DNA from: Lingula anatina
Taxonomy: Eukaryota > Animalia > Brachiopoda
Assembly (NCBI GenBank): GCA_051362555.1
Contig: CM120646.1
Location: 12,090,001-12,154,000, forward strand
DNA: 64,000 nucleotides
Direction of reading: 5' to 3'
The position numbers were made by a program, and so were the translations under genes. The notes below the pieces were generated by a model. It had not been told where the DNA came from and ran no database searches. It saw nothing but the letters and a program-made list of their open reading frames with translations. Positions 37,982 through 52,300 of the stretch are shown one piece after another (the stretch's first letter is position 1; each line of letters begins with the position of its first letter).

Positions 37982-40900
37982 AAAGGAAGCTAGAAAAAGT
38001 TACTGCAATGCTTTAAAGTGGAACAAGGGCAAAAACATGGTTGTCTGACAGTGCAAGTTGGACCAAATTCTGGTCAAAGTAGTCCTGTGTGAGCACGGCT
38101 TTATCCTATTACCTCTGTAATCCACGGCAGCCCATGGTACAGGGATCATATGGTGCTAGCTTCAGTAGGGTGTGGGCAATCTCTGCCAGTCTCTGGAAAA
38201 TATATTTTTCAATCAAGAATATAATAATTAATAGTATAATTAATAGAATGCAAACTGCCCAAGACTTGAAATGCCTGCTTTAAATGCACAGAAAACTGTT
38301 ACCTTTCATTTTATACACCACTGATAACAAAGTGCTTGTTCACATCAGGACTAACTTACACCTGACTGAAACTAATTCTACAAAAATGAGAACCATAAAA
38401 ACTTTCAGATCGATAATTCAGAACCCCATACCGTATGAGCTTTGATATCAAACAGCTCCACATTTCTGTTGCTATCAGATAGCTGTTTTCGCAGCTCTTT
38501 CACCCTGGGGACACAGGTGGTGTAGTACTCGGCAGCCACACACAGGAGAGAGTCCCGGGGCTGGCGGTACTCACTGATCTCCAGGTCCTCATCTTCACGT
38601 TGCTGAGGGGTGGTTCGTGTGCCCTCCTCCATTTGTCTGGTGAGGGAGAATAAATAACTGACATATATCAGACAAATGTAAGAGGGAAGGATTTTTTTTG
38701 TTTTTAAAGCATTCTTATGAAAATGAAACTTATAAATTACCCTTTTCATATAAAATATTATTATTAATTTTTAAATAATGAAATTGAGTTTCAATAAGGT
38801 GAACTTAAACAGGCACTGAATTTTAGAAAACAATATTATAAACACCTATGTAGTTTCATTTTACCGATACATGCACTTGATATTTTCTTATAACATTAAA
38901 CTGATATGTTATTGAATTTTAGAATGAGTAATCTGCAGTTTTTAAACCTTAATATTGTAAAGTACTCTTTATTATGATTATCATCATTGCTTTTTATTAT
39001 TTTCATTCTTATTTAAAAGACTACTAAAGTAGATTTATCGGTGACATCCATTATAAAAAAAATCATGTCAAAACTTTTCAATTTGACCAGTCTTGACCAG
39101 TGTTGGCCAGTCTTACCTGGTATTAAGGTCTACAGAGTCCCGGTCAGCAAACAGGTGGTTACCCATGTGTGCCTTGACCGGCTTGGCCCCTGAACTGACC
39201 ACCTCAAGGTGCTTCTGCTGACCACTCATATTTCTGTGATAACCATGCAGAATTTAATAGAAAATAACAAAACTAAAATAATATAATGTTCTCTGTCACA
39301 AAAAAATCAGATATAATATATTTCATTTCATTCAGTATATGAAAATAACAAAATCAAACTATGACAGAAAAAAAAGTACTCATAGCAAATGCAGATTCTT
39401 TAAATTGAAAACCATGTCCATTTCATGATCAACTGAAATATAAAATAATTAGCACTATGCCACAGAAGAGAAAATATGCTAAGGATTAAAATTACTTATG
39501 CAGTGAGGGAGTAAAACTGATCAGTTCAGACAAAATCAAATGCAAACAGTAAATAGCACTCGAGCATCACCAGAAAACAAATTGTTACACTGTTATCATT
39601 ATGACACAGTGGTTAAAGCAAGCATAGAAAACTTTCTGTTTTCTGATCCAATGATGACTCAAGTTTGCCCAATTTTTAGGCTTAAGTTGTCTCAGTCTGA
39701 AGAGACTTTAAGAATATCTTTCTTTACCTTGTGAGAGCATCACAACTGGTAATCAGCGCTCTCATGGACACCCCAAGGTTCATGATGATGTTCAGTTCTT
39801 CCTTGGCTTTTTCATGGTTCTTCTTGGCAGGGCGTATGTGTTGTAGGTACTGGGGAAGCAGGGCGTCCAGGATAGTCTGAGATGATAAAGAAATTAAAGG
39901 CTAAAAGTGTGAAATTTGTAAAAGAACATATATGCAATTCTGTACACCTTTGATGGATAGTTTTTCTATTTTCAATTGCAATAAAAATTTCCAGGTTAAT
40001 CTGATTATTATTTTTTTACTACATTTACAGATTTCTTTAAAACTATTCTGAATAATTCTGTAAAATAATCATAAAATCACACAAAAGTAAAACCCACCAG
40101 CATCTGTGCCCCCCTGACAGAATCTGAGGCATAGGCCACCACAGTGACACACATGTTGATACATTCCAACATGGTGAGACTATCTGGTTCATCAGCATAA
40201 CAAAAGTCCTGGAATATAGATAGTATGTATAATATATGTATGTAGCAGTTTTAAAACATATCATTCTCTAACACACTAACACTGATAAACCCGTACCTAG
40301 AAACTGCAAAAGAGAGGTGTGTGTGCATGCATTGATAAGTGTGGAAGTCTTTTTCTCAATAAATGGACCTCATCATCCTAATGGCATACAACCTAGATCA
40401 TATTCCCATTCAAATTGGACCAGGGCTCCATAACTCAAAGTAATCGTGAATTGTGAATAGCAATATCACCTTTTATGTTGAGGCTATTAGATGGAGCAAG
40501 TAATGCTAAGTTATGGAATAGAGACGCTTGCGCTCGGTCGCAATTTGTGACGCTTTCGAGTTACGGAGCCCTGGTCTCAGTTTCAGATATTTCTAACTGA
40601 ACACATACCAAAGCTTTGAGTGGCATCTCTCCCTCCACCAACTCCAAAATGTCCATTTCATCAGGACAGTCCCCTTCCAAAGCCAGCAGCATTTCAAACA
40701 GGTGTTTAGCTGGGATCTAGAGAGGAAGAAACAAAAGGTTTTAAGCCTTATAAATGGGCTCAATTATTTTCATATTTTACCTTATTGAATATTACTGAAA
40801 TTCTGGCATCAAACCATGTTGTGGTAAAAAAACATTCTTTTACAATATGTTCTTTTCTGACGGATTCTACTTTTTAAAAGAAAAAATATGTTATGGCCAA

Positions 40901-43900
40901 TATCCAAAGATATCAGAATGAGTAGGCAAACCAACCCCCCACAAGGAGCCTGTAGCAACTTTCCGGGGAAAGACTTGAAAATAAATTATTACTTAAACAT
41001 TGGCATTTTAGAGGATGCAAGTGTCTTGTCTTCATTAATCTAGCAAGGGCCATGAGTTATATTAATTTTACTTATTTTTGTCATACTACCTTGTTCCCAG
41101 TGGGTGTGGCAAACAGTGGTCCAACATTCAGGCTAGAGGCTATACTGCCAAACATCTGAAAAGAAACAATATGAAAGGTAAGTTTTCACACAATAAAAAA
41201 TATACCACTATAATGTGTTTGAGCTTTTATAAATGTATTTCAATACCCTTTACAAATGATTATTTAGAATTGTAATGATTTTCTGAATTATTAATGAACA
41301 TCCGATTTTTATTAGTAGTCGAGTAAGTAAATTCTTAATTGTCATTGTTGTCCCCATCATCCTTGTTGTTAGTATAAGGAGCCCCCAAGCCTTTGATGGT
41401 CAACCTAGGTATTAAATTGTTATCAAACTTTCTACTTGTTTAACTTCTTACCTGCAGAACGAAAGGTTTTCTGTGCAGGATGAAGAACTGTTTACAGGCA
41501 AACTGCACCCCCCTCACCAGGACAGGGTTGTTCTGGTTGTTACTGTACACTCTCATTATGGTCGGCATGATGTACAAAAACCTGAAAAAAAGGTGACCAC
41601 CAAGTGAAACAAAGATCAATGTTAAACATCAGTGTAAGTCATTCACATATTACTAAATATCCAAGCACGCATGCACACGCATGCACGCAAACACATACAG
41701 AGGCAGACAGCGGTCACCTCTGTTGCTTCCACACCATATTGCTAATAACATTGAATTTTTTAATTAATGAAAAACTTACATAAAAACCTGAAAGTTTACC
41801 ATATCCTAGGTCTTAAACATTTGTCTTAGTGAATTCATTTTTTTTTCGTAGATTGCTCCATGACTTACCCATCGGTGGCAAAGATGTGCTTAAACTTCCT
41901 GGCTGCATTGATCAGAGTGGCAATACAGAAGCGGAACAGGGCGGTGTCCTCACACTGCAGTAACAATGCCCCGTTGATGACATTCAGAAAGAAAGGAATC
42001 TCTCCGCTCCATCCAAATGTCCCTGTCATGCAAGCAAACAGCTTGTCGACCAGCTTGATCCAGGTGTACTTGTGCATGCTGTCTACGCTGCTCATTTCCT
42101 TCCCATGATCCCCTTTATACATGCCAAACTCGGCTTCTAGTGCCTTGCGCGGGAATGATGGCAATTTGAGAAGTTCTTCATAAACAAACATTACATGGTT
42201 TTGCAGCTGTAAAGGTAATATAAACGTCTGAACATGTGTCAGTAAATTCTTAAACAAACATAATATCATTTACCGTGAATCTAATATTATTTATCAAACA
42301 AATGAAAACAATATGTTGGCATCATTGTTATGGTTTCTAAAAATCAGATTTATTGAAAAATTAAGCATTTTAATTATTTTAAATATTATTGGTGACAGCT
42401 TGTCTTGTACCTGGTGGCTCCGCCCTGGTGTCTGATGAGATGTCAGAATTGAGAAGGTTGCCATAACTTTACCAACTTCAGCAAACTTCAGAGCAATTGC
42501 CTAAAAAAATTAAATCTTGAGTCAATTACCAAATGACTAGACCCAATGAAATGTTCAAAATATTATTTTTGTATCAAAAATTATATTTTTGCACACATGT
42601 CCAGTGACAAGAAGAAACACAATTTAAAAGTTTAATGGTTATTTAATTTATATTCAGCATTACCAAGAATTATATAATTAAACTACATTCTTACACCCAA
42701 TGAAATACACATTTTAGTTAACCAGTTCACAGATACATTAGTATGTTAAAGATGTAATGGTCAATGAACTTGTTATAAAATTAAATTTGGTATTTGATAT
42801 TGTAAAAATCTACTGAAAGTCTATCATTTGCTTTAAATTGTTCCATGGTTATAACATTTGGTTAGTTCACCATGTCAATTTATTACCCCGCTGATATATA
42901 TACAACTTTTAAGTTTATTAAAATATCAATTTAATTAATATTTATTAAAATCAATGGAAAATAATAACCACAATGACTGAAAATAAATAAATAAATAAAT
43001 AAATATAATCAATTAGTTAAATCACATCAAGTTCACTGCAACCACAATATATTCATCTGACCTCTCCTTTTCTATTATTTCACTAAATTGACAAAAGTCT
43101 CAACTTATCAAGCAGAAATGACAAATTTGAATTTTTGAGATACTGAACTCAGCCAAAATAAAAACAATACTTCCCTCTTGACAGAGAAGCTCAAATCAAG
43201 GAGCACTTAATGTAAGTGCATTCAGAAAAGGATAACTTGAGATTGGACACAGGTCTACATGTAATATGTGTCACAAAATGTTACAGTGAAATACGTGTAT
43301 TTCAAATCTGGTTGTCTCATGACAAAAGGTGAAAGGTCAAAGGTCTAAAGGTTCGAAGGTCATGTCTGAATGAAACTGAAACCAACAGCTAGTGGTCACA
43401 CTAAGTCATCAAGTTCACTTCAAAACACTTCACAGTGAAAATTTTCTAATGTAAACCACACACGTAAACACGCAGCATCATACCACCAAAATGGTAACCC
43501 TTGGAAATTTTTTTCCCCTTTAAATTCTCGTCAATCATGTTAGAATAACCAAGGGGTTCACTGGAGTAGAAGGTCATTGGGGGGAAAAAAAGAGGAACTT
43601 TTTTCAATATTCTGGAAAAAATGTTATAATCAAGTTACATGTGAACACACCAACAGTTAAGTTGGACACATACATATTAATACTATCAACATAGAGACTA
43701 ATCTATCTCTAACAAGCAAAAAAGGCAAGGAGTTTATCTACTGAAGATGACAGAGCCTACTATTTAGGAAAATATCTGTTTATTGCCTGCACAGGAAAGA
43801 AAAAATGTATTTAAAAGCAAAGGGGTGTAAATAATTGCTGCATACATCATGCATTTAAATACAGTCCATGAAGATTATTTTGATTGTGCATTTTAAAATA

Positions 43901-46900
43901 TTTTGTTTAATGCCTGTTGTTAACTTCTAAATTTACATCATCTATTATATCGTTATGCCGAATAAATGTACAAAAACTGTCAGATTTGTATGGAAGTACT
44001 GAATGAAATACAGTACCTTCTCTGGTCAATTCTGTGTCAAAAAGTAGTCCCCTGTGCTTTTAAGTCTTTGATACAAGTTACTGCTAACATGGTTATTTTG
44101 TGTGAAGTTAGTAATGGTTATTTTTACCATTTCTCCCACTTTACTACTATGAGCCAGGTCTTCTCTTGCATGGTAAGATTTTGTGATTTCCTCTTTATTT
44201 TGGTCTTTATGTATCAGTAATTCTATTCATTAATTTACAAAAATGCCTTTTATAAATACACCCCCATAAAAGTAATCATTTCAGTACGAATAAAATTAAA
44301 TACAGTGATATATCTCTCACTGTCATCAAAAAAGTATTTTCTGATAATGGCAGATCATTCACATTTCCAAAATTTCACCATGCATTTTACAAACAAACCA
44401 GTTAATCATGAAGCAATATCAGTGAACTAAATCATCAGTGGCACCCAGGTCAGCTTCACCCATCTAATCACTTACACCCCATTTCCATAGATTAGATCGA
44501 CCTACTTTAGATCGACCTAACTCCCTGGGGGTTCACGCTAAATAGCTGTCAGCCAGGCGGGCACGAAAGTTAATTACCCCCTTACAGCTTGTAGTAGGCG
44601 GGACGGACATTTAAGTCGGATTATCTGAAAGTAATCTAGTGAGACTCCCCGCGGGGATAGATCGATCTAAAATCTATGGGAATAGAGCCTTTGACTAAAC
44701 TAATCTGGTTCTCCACCAGATCACTACCTTATGCTGCAGAGCAGAGAACGCTTTCTGGGTGTCTAATCTGACCATGGCTAGTTCGGGATAAATTTCTGTT
44801 TTCTTGAGAAAAGAATAAAAAAGACAAAAAACAAAGCAACATATTACAAAGAAAAACATTGACAATACAGAGAGGAGACATCTTTAGGTTTATTCATATC
44901 CAAATGTGACTGCTTATAACTAGTACTTAAATATTAACACTGCAATTATGACACGCTGTGATTACTGTTTACTGGTCACAGACAGAGAAAAAAAGTATTT
45001 TTGTTATTATACTTATCTACTTCACTTCAATAACAATCAAAAAGTTGAAAATTTGGAAATTATAGTTGGGGAACTGAGAGTTTGGATGAAATTTGCACGG
45101 TAAGACATTAGCCAAAATTACAATGTCTGAGCTAGTGCAGTAGCCAGTTAAGCAGTCACAACTGAACTGTGAATACACCTTACTTCTTATGAACTAAAGT
45201 GTATACAGCCTTGACTTTATCTGCTAGCACAAAGTAGCAGACAGCACTATAACTGAGCTGTGGATAGCATAATCTGCATCCTCCAAAAAAAAAAAAAAAA
45301 AAAAAAAAGAAAAACTACATTTTCAGATGCAAGAAAAGATTTGTACTTTATGCACCTATACTATCATGTTTAAATACTGTGAAATACTACAATATTATAC
45401 AAAATAATAAACAAGTAAAGTGATAAAAGAGAAGAAGTAACTTAATGTGAGACAAAACGAATTGCATATCATATTACTCTTACAGAACAACATAAAACAG
45501 GCTACATAAAGACAATAAGAGCAATAAACTAATCTATAAGAATAAAAAGGTAATAGCAGACATTCAATTTGACAGTTAACACCGAGGAACAAATATGGCA
45601 TGGGTATTTGTATTCATTGAATGGTACTGTACTCTTCTGGCCAAAATTTAATAATGTATTAATAATCTTGCAAGTTCTGATTGTACAATGCATTTTGTCT
45701 CTCACTCACATTTCTATTATTCTATCTGCTTCATTGGATTTCATGTGTGTCGACGTAAACTTTCAAATCCAACACACACAATACCCAAATTTGTTTGTTC
45801 TAAACATGAAAATTAAGGACATTGCAACAGTTTTGACAAGACAATGGCACAGCCATTGAGTCTCACCTAATACACTCTAAATAGTAGAGGTGTGCTTATT
45901 GCGTTAGTTGTGACAACACAATGCATTTTCTCATTCTTACCTGCATTTGTAGCTTCCCATATGCATCATTAGGGTTCATGTGCACCATGGAGAGCTGTGG
46001 GTACTGGTTTCTCTTGAAGAAGTAGAAATCTCTAACGTAAGAGTTCCCATTGTGGATCTGGTCTGAAAAACAAACAATGGGCAAACATGTCAATAAATAC
46101 AAGTGAGTTTTGTTTAACATTTGTCAGCAAAACACAATCACATATTTTATTCTTTATGGGGTTTTTGTGTTTGTTGAGAAAAAAATACTTACTGGTCCTC
46201 ACATCCACCAAGAAGTACTCTGCATGCTGCTCTTCTGGGATGTTGAAGAAGTCCAAACTGTCTTGCAACAAAGTACAAAACTGGGTGTCCTAAAAAACAA
46301 ATAATTAAAGTATAAAAATTGCAAATTATAGTGTGAAAAAGTGTTATAGAAACATGCACAAATCAGCAAAGATACAGATTTAAAATTTAGTTATATTTCA
46401 AAACATTTCTTTGGGTATCAACAGGATTATTATTTTTTACTTCTAAAATCAAATATTCTTCACCAAATCAAAACTTTCTAATTCTACAGTATTTTACAGT
46501 AATAATATTTATTATTATGGACATGCTTTTTTTTTTGAAAATTAATTCAAATACATTTTAATTTCATCTATTTTCTTATTAATTCTGCTATCATTATAAC
46601 AATTATTATCATAATGATGATGATGATGATGACAATGACGTTTCCTCCACTTGCTTACAAAGAGACCTGCCTCGATCTCTGCCACACATTATAATAAAAG
46701 CCCTACAAACCTCGTGTACAGGTAGCTGTGAAGGAATACTGGTCAGGTCTGGGCCATGGATTAAGATCTTTTTGGCACTGGGGACATTGGCTGTTACCAT
46801 CAACTGGGGCTGAAATAGAAGCCCAACAACAGGTAAATCAAATTCCTTGCATGGGCATTAAACTATGGTTCTGTTTATTACAAAATTACCATCTTTGGTT

Positions 46901-47984
46901 GATGTCAATATGTTGATTTTTAGACCTCAGAAAAACTGTAACAACTGAGGTGAGTGTATTGCCTGCATTATTACTGTTACAGTGATATAATGTGATAACC
47001 CTGAAAATGGTTAAGATAAAAAGAAGTGAACCTACCTCACACTGTTCCTTCTTTAAAGTTTGCTTCAAATCTTTGAAAAAGATACCATCAACATAGGGGA
47101 TCACCTAGAAACAATCATAAAAATGTTAAATTAAATTACAATAACAATGAGCAAAGACGGTCATTTTATTTAATATTGTAGTTATGATAAATTTTTACAA
47201 AACTGGTTCAGAAACAAAACTGGACATATTATAAACACAAGTTCTGGAATGTGAAATCAGAGAGGCACATACCATCCACAATATGGACAACACTCGTGAT
47301 GTGGACTCCACTGTTCCTTCACTGGGAGCTCTCACATTGAACATAATATACCCAACCTGGAGCAGAAGAAGATGAAGAAGCATATTACACTATGGATTAT
47401 ATACAATCTGGGGTAGCGCTAACACTCGCCAATTTAGCCAAATGCTAAAGCTGACTTGAATTGACTAAACAAAATAGGGTTGATTTGACTAATTTTAGTC
47501 AAATTAAAGCCATTTGGAAAACAAATTGACAAAAAAGTGGTGATTTGGCTAAGCAGAAAAAATTGCTAGCACTACCCAAGATAATTATGTGTCTAAACAA
47601 TGGAACCAACATGTGCTTTGTACAGTACACTCAGTATTAACTTGGATACTTCAGGACCAGGAAATTTCTTTGAGTAATGTGAACATTCAACATATGTCAT
47701 GTTAAAAAACATCTCAGTTTATACATAAAAAATCTGTTCCAAAAGTTTTGTTCCAAAAGATTTAAATTTGGCCACCATATCTTACTAGGTAATTGAAGAG
47801 GATATGGCCCGTCTGGGAGGGTAAGCTGGGCAGCATGAGCAGCAGCTTTCTCAGCACAAAGATCAGCTCTTCCTGCTTGTCCTTGTTGGTCATCTTCTCC
47901 AGGAAATGTCTGAGGAACAGGGCAGGGTCCTCCACCAGACATAACCAAATCACCTTCTCTGCCACCTCACACACTGGGGAATAT

Positions 47985-48018
<34 letters not shown>

Positions 48019-49340
48019 TGCTCATAGAGCAAGGACTTGCAAACTGTAATACAATAGATTTATCAAATATTTTAATGAAATACCAAACTATTGGGTCTGG
48101 GAGAAGTTAACATTTATTGGTTCTCAGCACTACCATTCTTAAGCCAATATGGACAATAAAAAAAAAAAAAAAAAACAGAAAAAGTGCAATACTTTAGATC
48201 ATACAGTACTGTACAGTCTCACACATATACAGGCATTACAAAAAAATTAAAATATATTCAATGGAGTGTCAATAGCCAATTATACAGCTACACCTTTTGG
48301 TCAATTTATGGTTCTTTCAATCTGTCCAACATTATAAAGGCAATTAAAAAACCTTACAAATGACGTCAGATGAAATAAAATAAAAGCAATATAAGAAATC
48401 TGACAAAAAAATCAACTACTGGAAAAAATTCTTTGTCTACCTGATATTCCCTCTGTGCTGACCTCCACATCTTCCAGTAGATGTATAATGGGCACTGATG
48501 CCGTGCAGATAACAGACGGGAAGACAGGTTGCGCCATCTGGACTTGATGAGAGTGCAGCACTTCCACGCGTTCTTCTTCTCCTGAAGTAAGGGGAGGAAG
48601 AAGATCATGAAAATATAGAATAAGCATACTGGATACAAAACATAAAAAGAGTATAGTATGGAATATGTGTTGGAAGTCAATTTTTATTACGAATATGCAG
48701 GAACTGTTCTGTGTTAATTACTCACCATTTCATTGCTTCTGTATGTGAGAAAAGAACATTTTTTTAATGAAGAAGGCAATATTAAAAGACATTTATCAAA
48801 TGTAGCAAATCATGTTAAAATGCAAATATATATTTTGAAAAAGAAAATAATATCAAAAATGTGCATAAAGAGATATGACTGGAAAAAATATTGGTCAGCT
48901 AGTTCAACCAACCTTACTTAATGATCTGAAAATGTGAATATAAAATATATTATGATTTAGATGTATCGATATTTTGTAATTGATGCTTGGGAGAAAGAAA
49001 AGCATCAATATCACAAAGCAAATATATCCAATAAGAGATTTCGCATCGAAATTTCCTCTTTTACCTTTAAAATAGAATAAAAATGATAATACCAATAAAT
49101 ATGACTAAAAATTAATAATTTGAAACATCTCAGAAGGAGTATGTCACAATCATTCTGAGATTAGTTATCCATGTTCATTGAAGCACAAATACAAAAAACC
49201 CTCATAATACTTATGAGATCTAGGAAAAATAGAAAGATAAAAAATTAATGAGTACAAAGACTGTTCTAAAATAAATTTAAAAAAATTCTGATGAATTAAA
49301 CATTTATGTTATTTTAGCAGCTTACAAATTCAAGACCTCT

Positions 49341-49377
<37 letters not shown>

Positions 49378-52300
49378 CAACACCCTTATATTTAGCAATG
49401 GCCTAGATCTTCTAGACAATTGGTCTTGTGTGACAAGGAAAAATATCAATTTTTAGGTGGTGTGTGTTATAAAGTCTGCTTATGAGAAATAATAACATGA
49501 AAAGCATATCAGTATACCATCATAAACAGCAAAAATGTGTAATATGCGGCAGTGAGAAACAAGACATGCTCTATATCAAGAAGTGATGATACAGTGGTTT
49601 CAAGACATAAAATTAGATCCTGTAAAAAAAATTTCATGTAAATTTTTTTTAATTAATTGTAAAATTAAGAGACAAAACATCCTAAACAGAAAAAATACTG
49701 AAAAAACAATAAACACTTCACACATTATATCACAGTTAACACTGTTAACAAGGAATTCCTTACACTTCTCTGTTAACTTGATCAAAAATTCCAAAAAAAA
49801 AGAAAAAAAAATGGCATCATATATGATAATCAAATAACATACACATACACAAAAACACAGATACAGTATACAAATAACATAGAAACCAGAAGAATCAATA
49901 TCCACACCACCTGAAAGATAACCCACACTTAAAGCAAAGAAAATCTTCACCTGAACTTAATGAGAAATGCATGTACACTTAAAACATAAACATGTACATA
50001 TCAAATTGAAAATACATTTGTAAACATTTTGTTCTCTAAAAAGTTGATAAGGAAACTTCTAAAGTGTGTATTCTATCATACCTAGCTTTTCTGATTACTA
50101 CCTTTAAATTTCTAAATATAATATTGTGCAACAAGCCTAAATATTGCTAGTTAATTCAAAATATCTAACTAAAAAAATTCACACCACAGCATGTGAACTT
50201 AAAACATCTTATTCTTTATAAGCAATGCTTTTTTCCATCTTGTGCTTGCACGATAAATCAAACTATGTTGTATAAAAAGAAAACCTATTTGCATTCAGAA
50301 TTCTAGAAATAACAACTATTAAACTGTGAACAATCTAAATGTATTCGTGACAGTTAGAGCCTTCTTCTATTCACTCCAAATTCAAATCTAATTCAGCTGC
50401 TGGCCATGCTGTTTTATTCACTACTTGACATCTATGAGCAGAAATGACTATCGCTATCTACATCAATCCTTAAACTCTATACCAAGAACACATTTTTTAA
50501 GTGCTTCATACAGCTTGTAGACTACCATACCTCACTAAACACAAATCTTTCCATCTATAATTCTAAAACAAAATTTCCACCTAAAATGCACACCTAACAC
50601 ACATTAAACATCAGAAATTCTATTTCTAATTTCTAAATACTGCAATGTCACTTTTTTCGACTTTTCATTATTTTGATAAAATAGGAACCAAAACTGCGAT
50701 GGCGAACGTGATTTCATGCCTTCTATAGTCTGTTCTAATAAATCAGGCCATTACCTTGACTATATAATCTACAAATTGTTGGGTACCATGACTTCATGTC
50801 TGATTTATACCAATCTTTAAATACTTTTGATTTGGTAGTTTTGCCAGCTTTCAGAAAGAATTGTTATTTACTAAGTTTTCTATTAATTATCTGACTAAAT
50901 GAAAAACCAGTGTGGTGGTGATATTCAGAAAATAATATATACCAGTTTTTCGCTAATTTCTTTTCAAATATTATGTGTTTAATACAAAAAATTCCGATTG
51001 AATTCTGGAAACTTCAAAAGACTGCCTTATTTCAACTCTGCATATAAAATATGCACTGAAAAGTCTGGAACTGTACTTCAAATTTTTAATATTAAAATTT
51101 TGTAAATTCACCTGATGATCAACCTAGTTCCAAACCCACTGCGCTGCCACTAAACGTAACATAGCAACAAGAATTCTAAAAATCTAAAACCAGATTCCAT
51201 AATGGCTCTATTTCACAAAATGTGTTAAAAGTGGGTCTAAATGAGTTCTCTTTGAAACAGGATAAATCATCGGTAGTCAGCTAAAACAAATATATAAGAT
51301 CTATTTCATATTTACTTTTAAGACACTAACATTTTAGACAGATTTTTTTCTATATATTATATTGCATACTACAGAGAAGACTACAGATTTATCCCAATTC
51401 AAAGCTGACTAAATTTTTCAGCTTTGAAGTTTAAACCGACTTCCGCCTAAATTAAGCTTTGTGAAATGGGGCCTATGCTTACTTTGCAATCAGTCCCAAA
51501 TCCTTCTCAAATATCATATCAAACATAAAGATAAACCATGCAAGAGTGTGTGCATAACCTTTCTTCAAACAACAGATGACATATACGTATACCCAGAAAT
51601 CAAGTGTAGTGATTTCTGAGCTTTCTAATTTAAAGAAGCAAATGAGACATGGAATTTCTAAAGCATCTTCCTTGTCAATACATGTATAAACTGACTCGGT
51701 GCTTCTTCATAGCATAGCTTTATTCTTTCAAAGAAAAAAGGATGTATGAGTTTTGTTTACCAGCACATCATTATTGTATTTCACCATACACCATAATACA
51801 AAGAGAGGACAATTAAATATTTTGAAAAAAAAAAAAAAAAAAAAAGATATCTCTAATGATGCAAAAATTTTTCCACAACCAAACGACATGCCCAGATTCA
51901 TGAAGATGTTTCAATTCTTTCATGAAAACAAAAAAATGCAAGCAAGCTGAAGCAAGCAGCATGCACCATCAGCAAGCACTACCAAATATTCCCCATGCTA
52001 TCAGCCATGCGTACCTGTTGTGACAACTGCAGAGGTTAAAGGACTTTTGGTCCATAATGCACTGCTGCCACGTGCGTACGACGGCACGGCCGTACGCACT
52101 TGAAGATTGCGGGTCATGGCCATGGGTGCTACAGACATACGCCTTGCAGCCATGTTGATTTCTTCTTGCATCATTGCTGAATGGGGAAATGACGGTAAAA
52201 TTCAATTTGCCATGCGGGAATATTTCTAAGTGCAAAGGTGTCAAGGTCACTGCTTCTGGGAGGTCATTATAGGTCAAGGTCATGATCATTTTACGAACAA

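Noticed and set aside
44017-44222. Open minus-strand stretch as another alternative unc80 exon
   Set aside because: Weak acceptor, no convincing similarity to neighbouring exons, and a stop before the 44017 donor.
50755-51149. Exon-like bits at 51149-51112 (38 nt) and 50768-50755 (14 nt)
   Set aside because: Not frame-preserving alone or together, and the first has an in-frame stop in the required phase.
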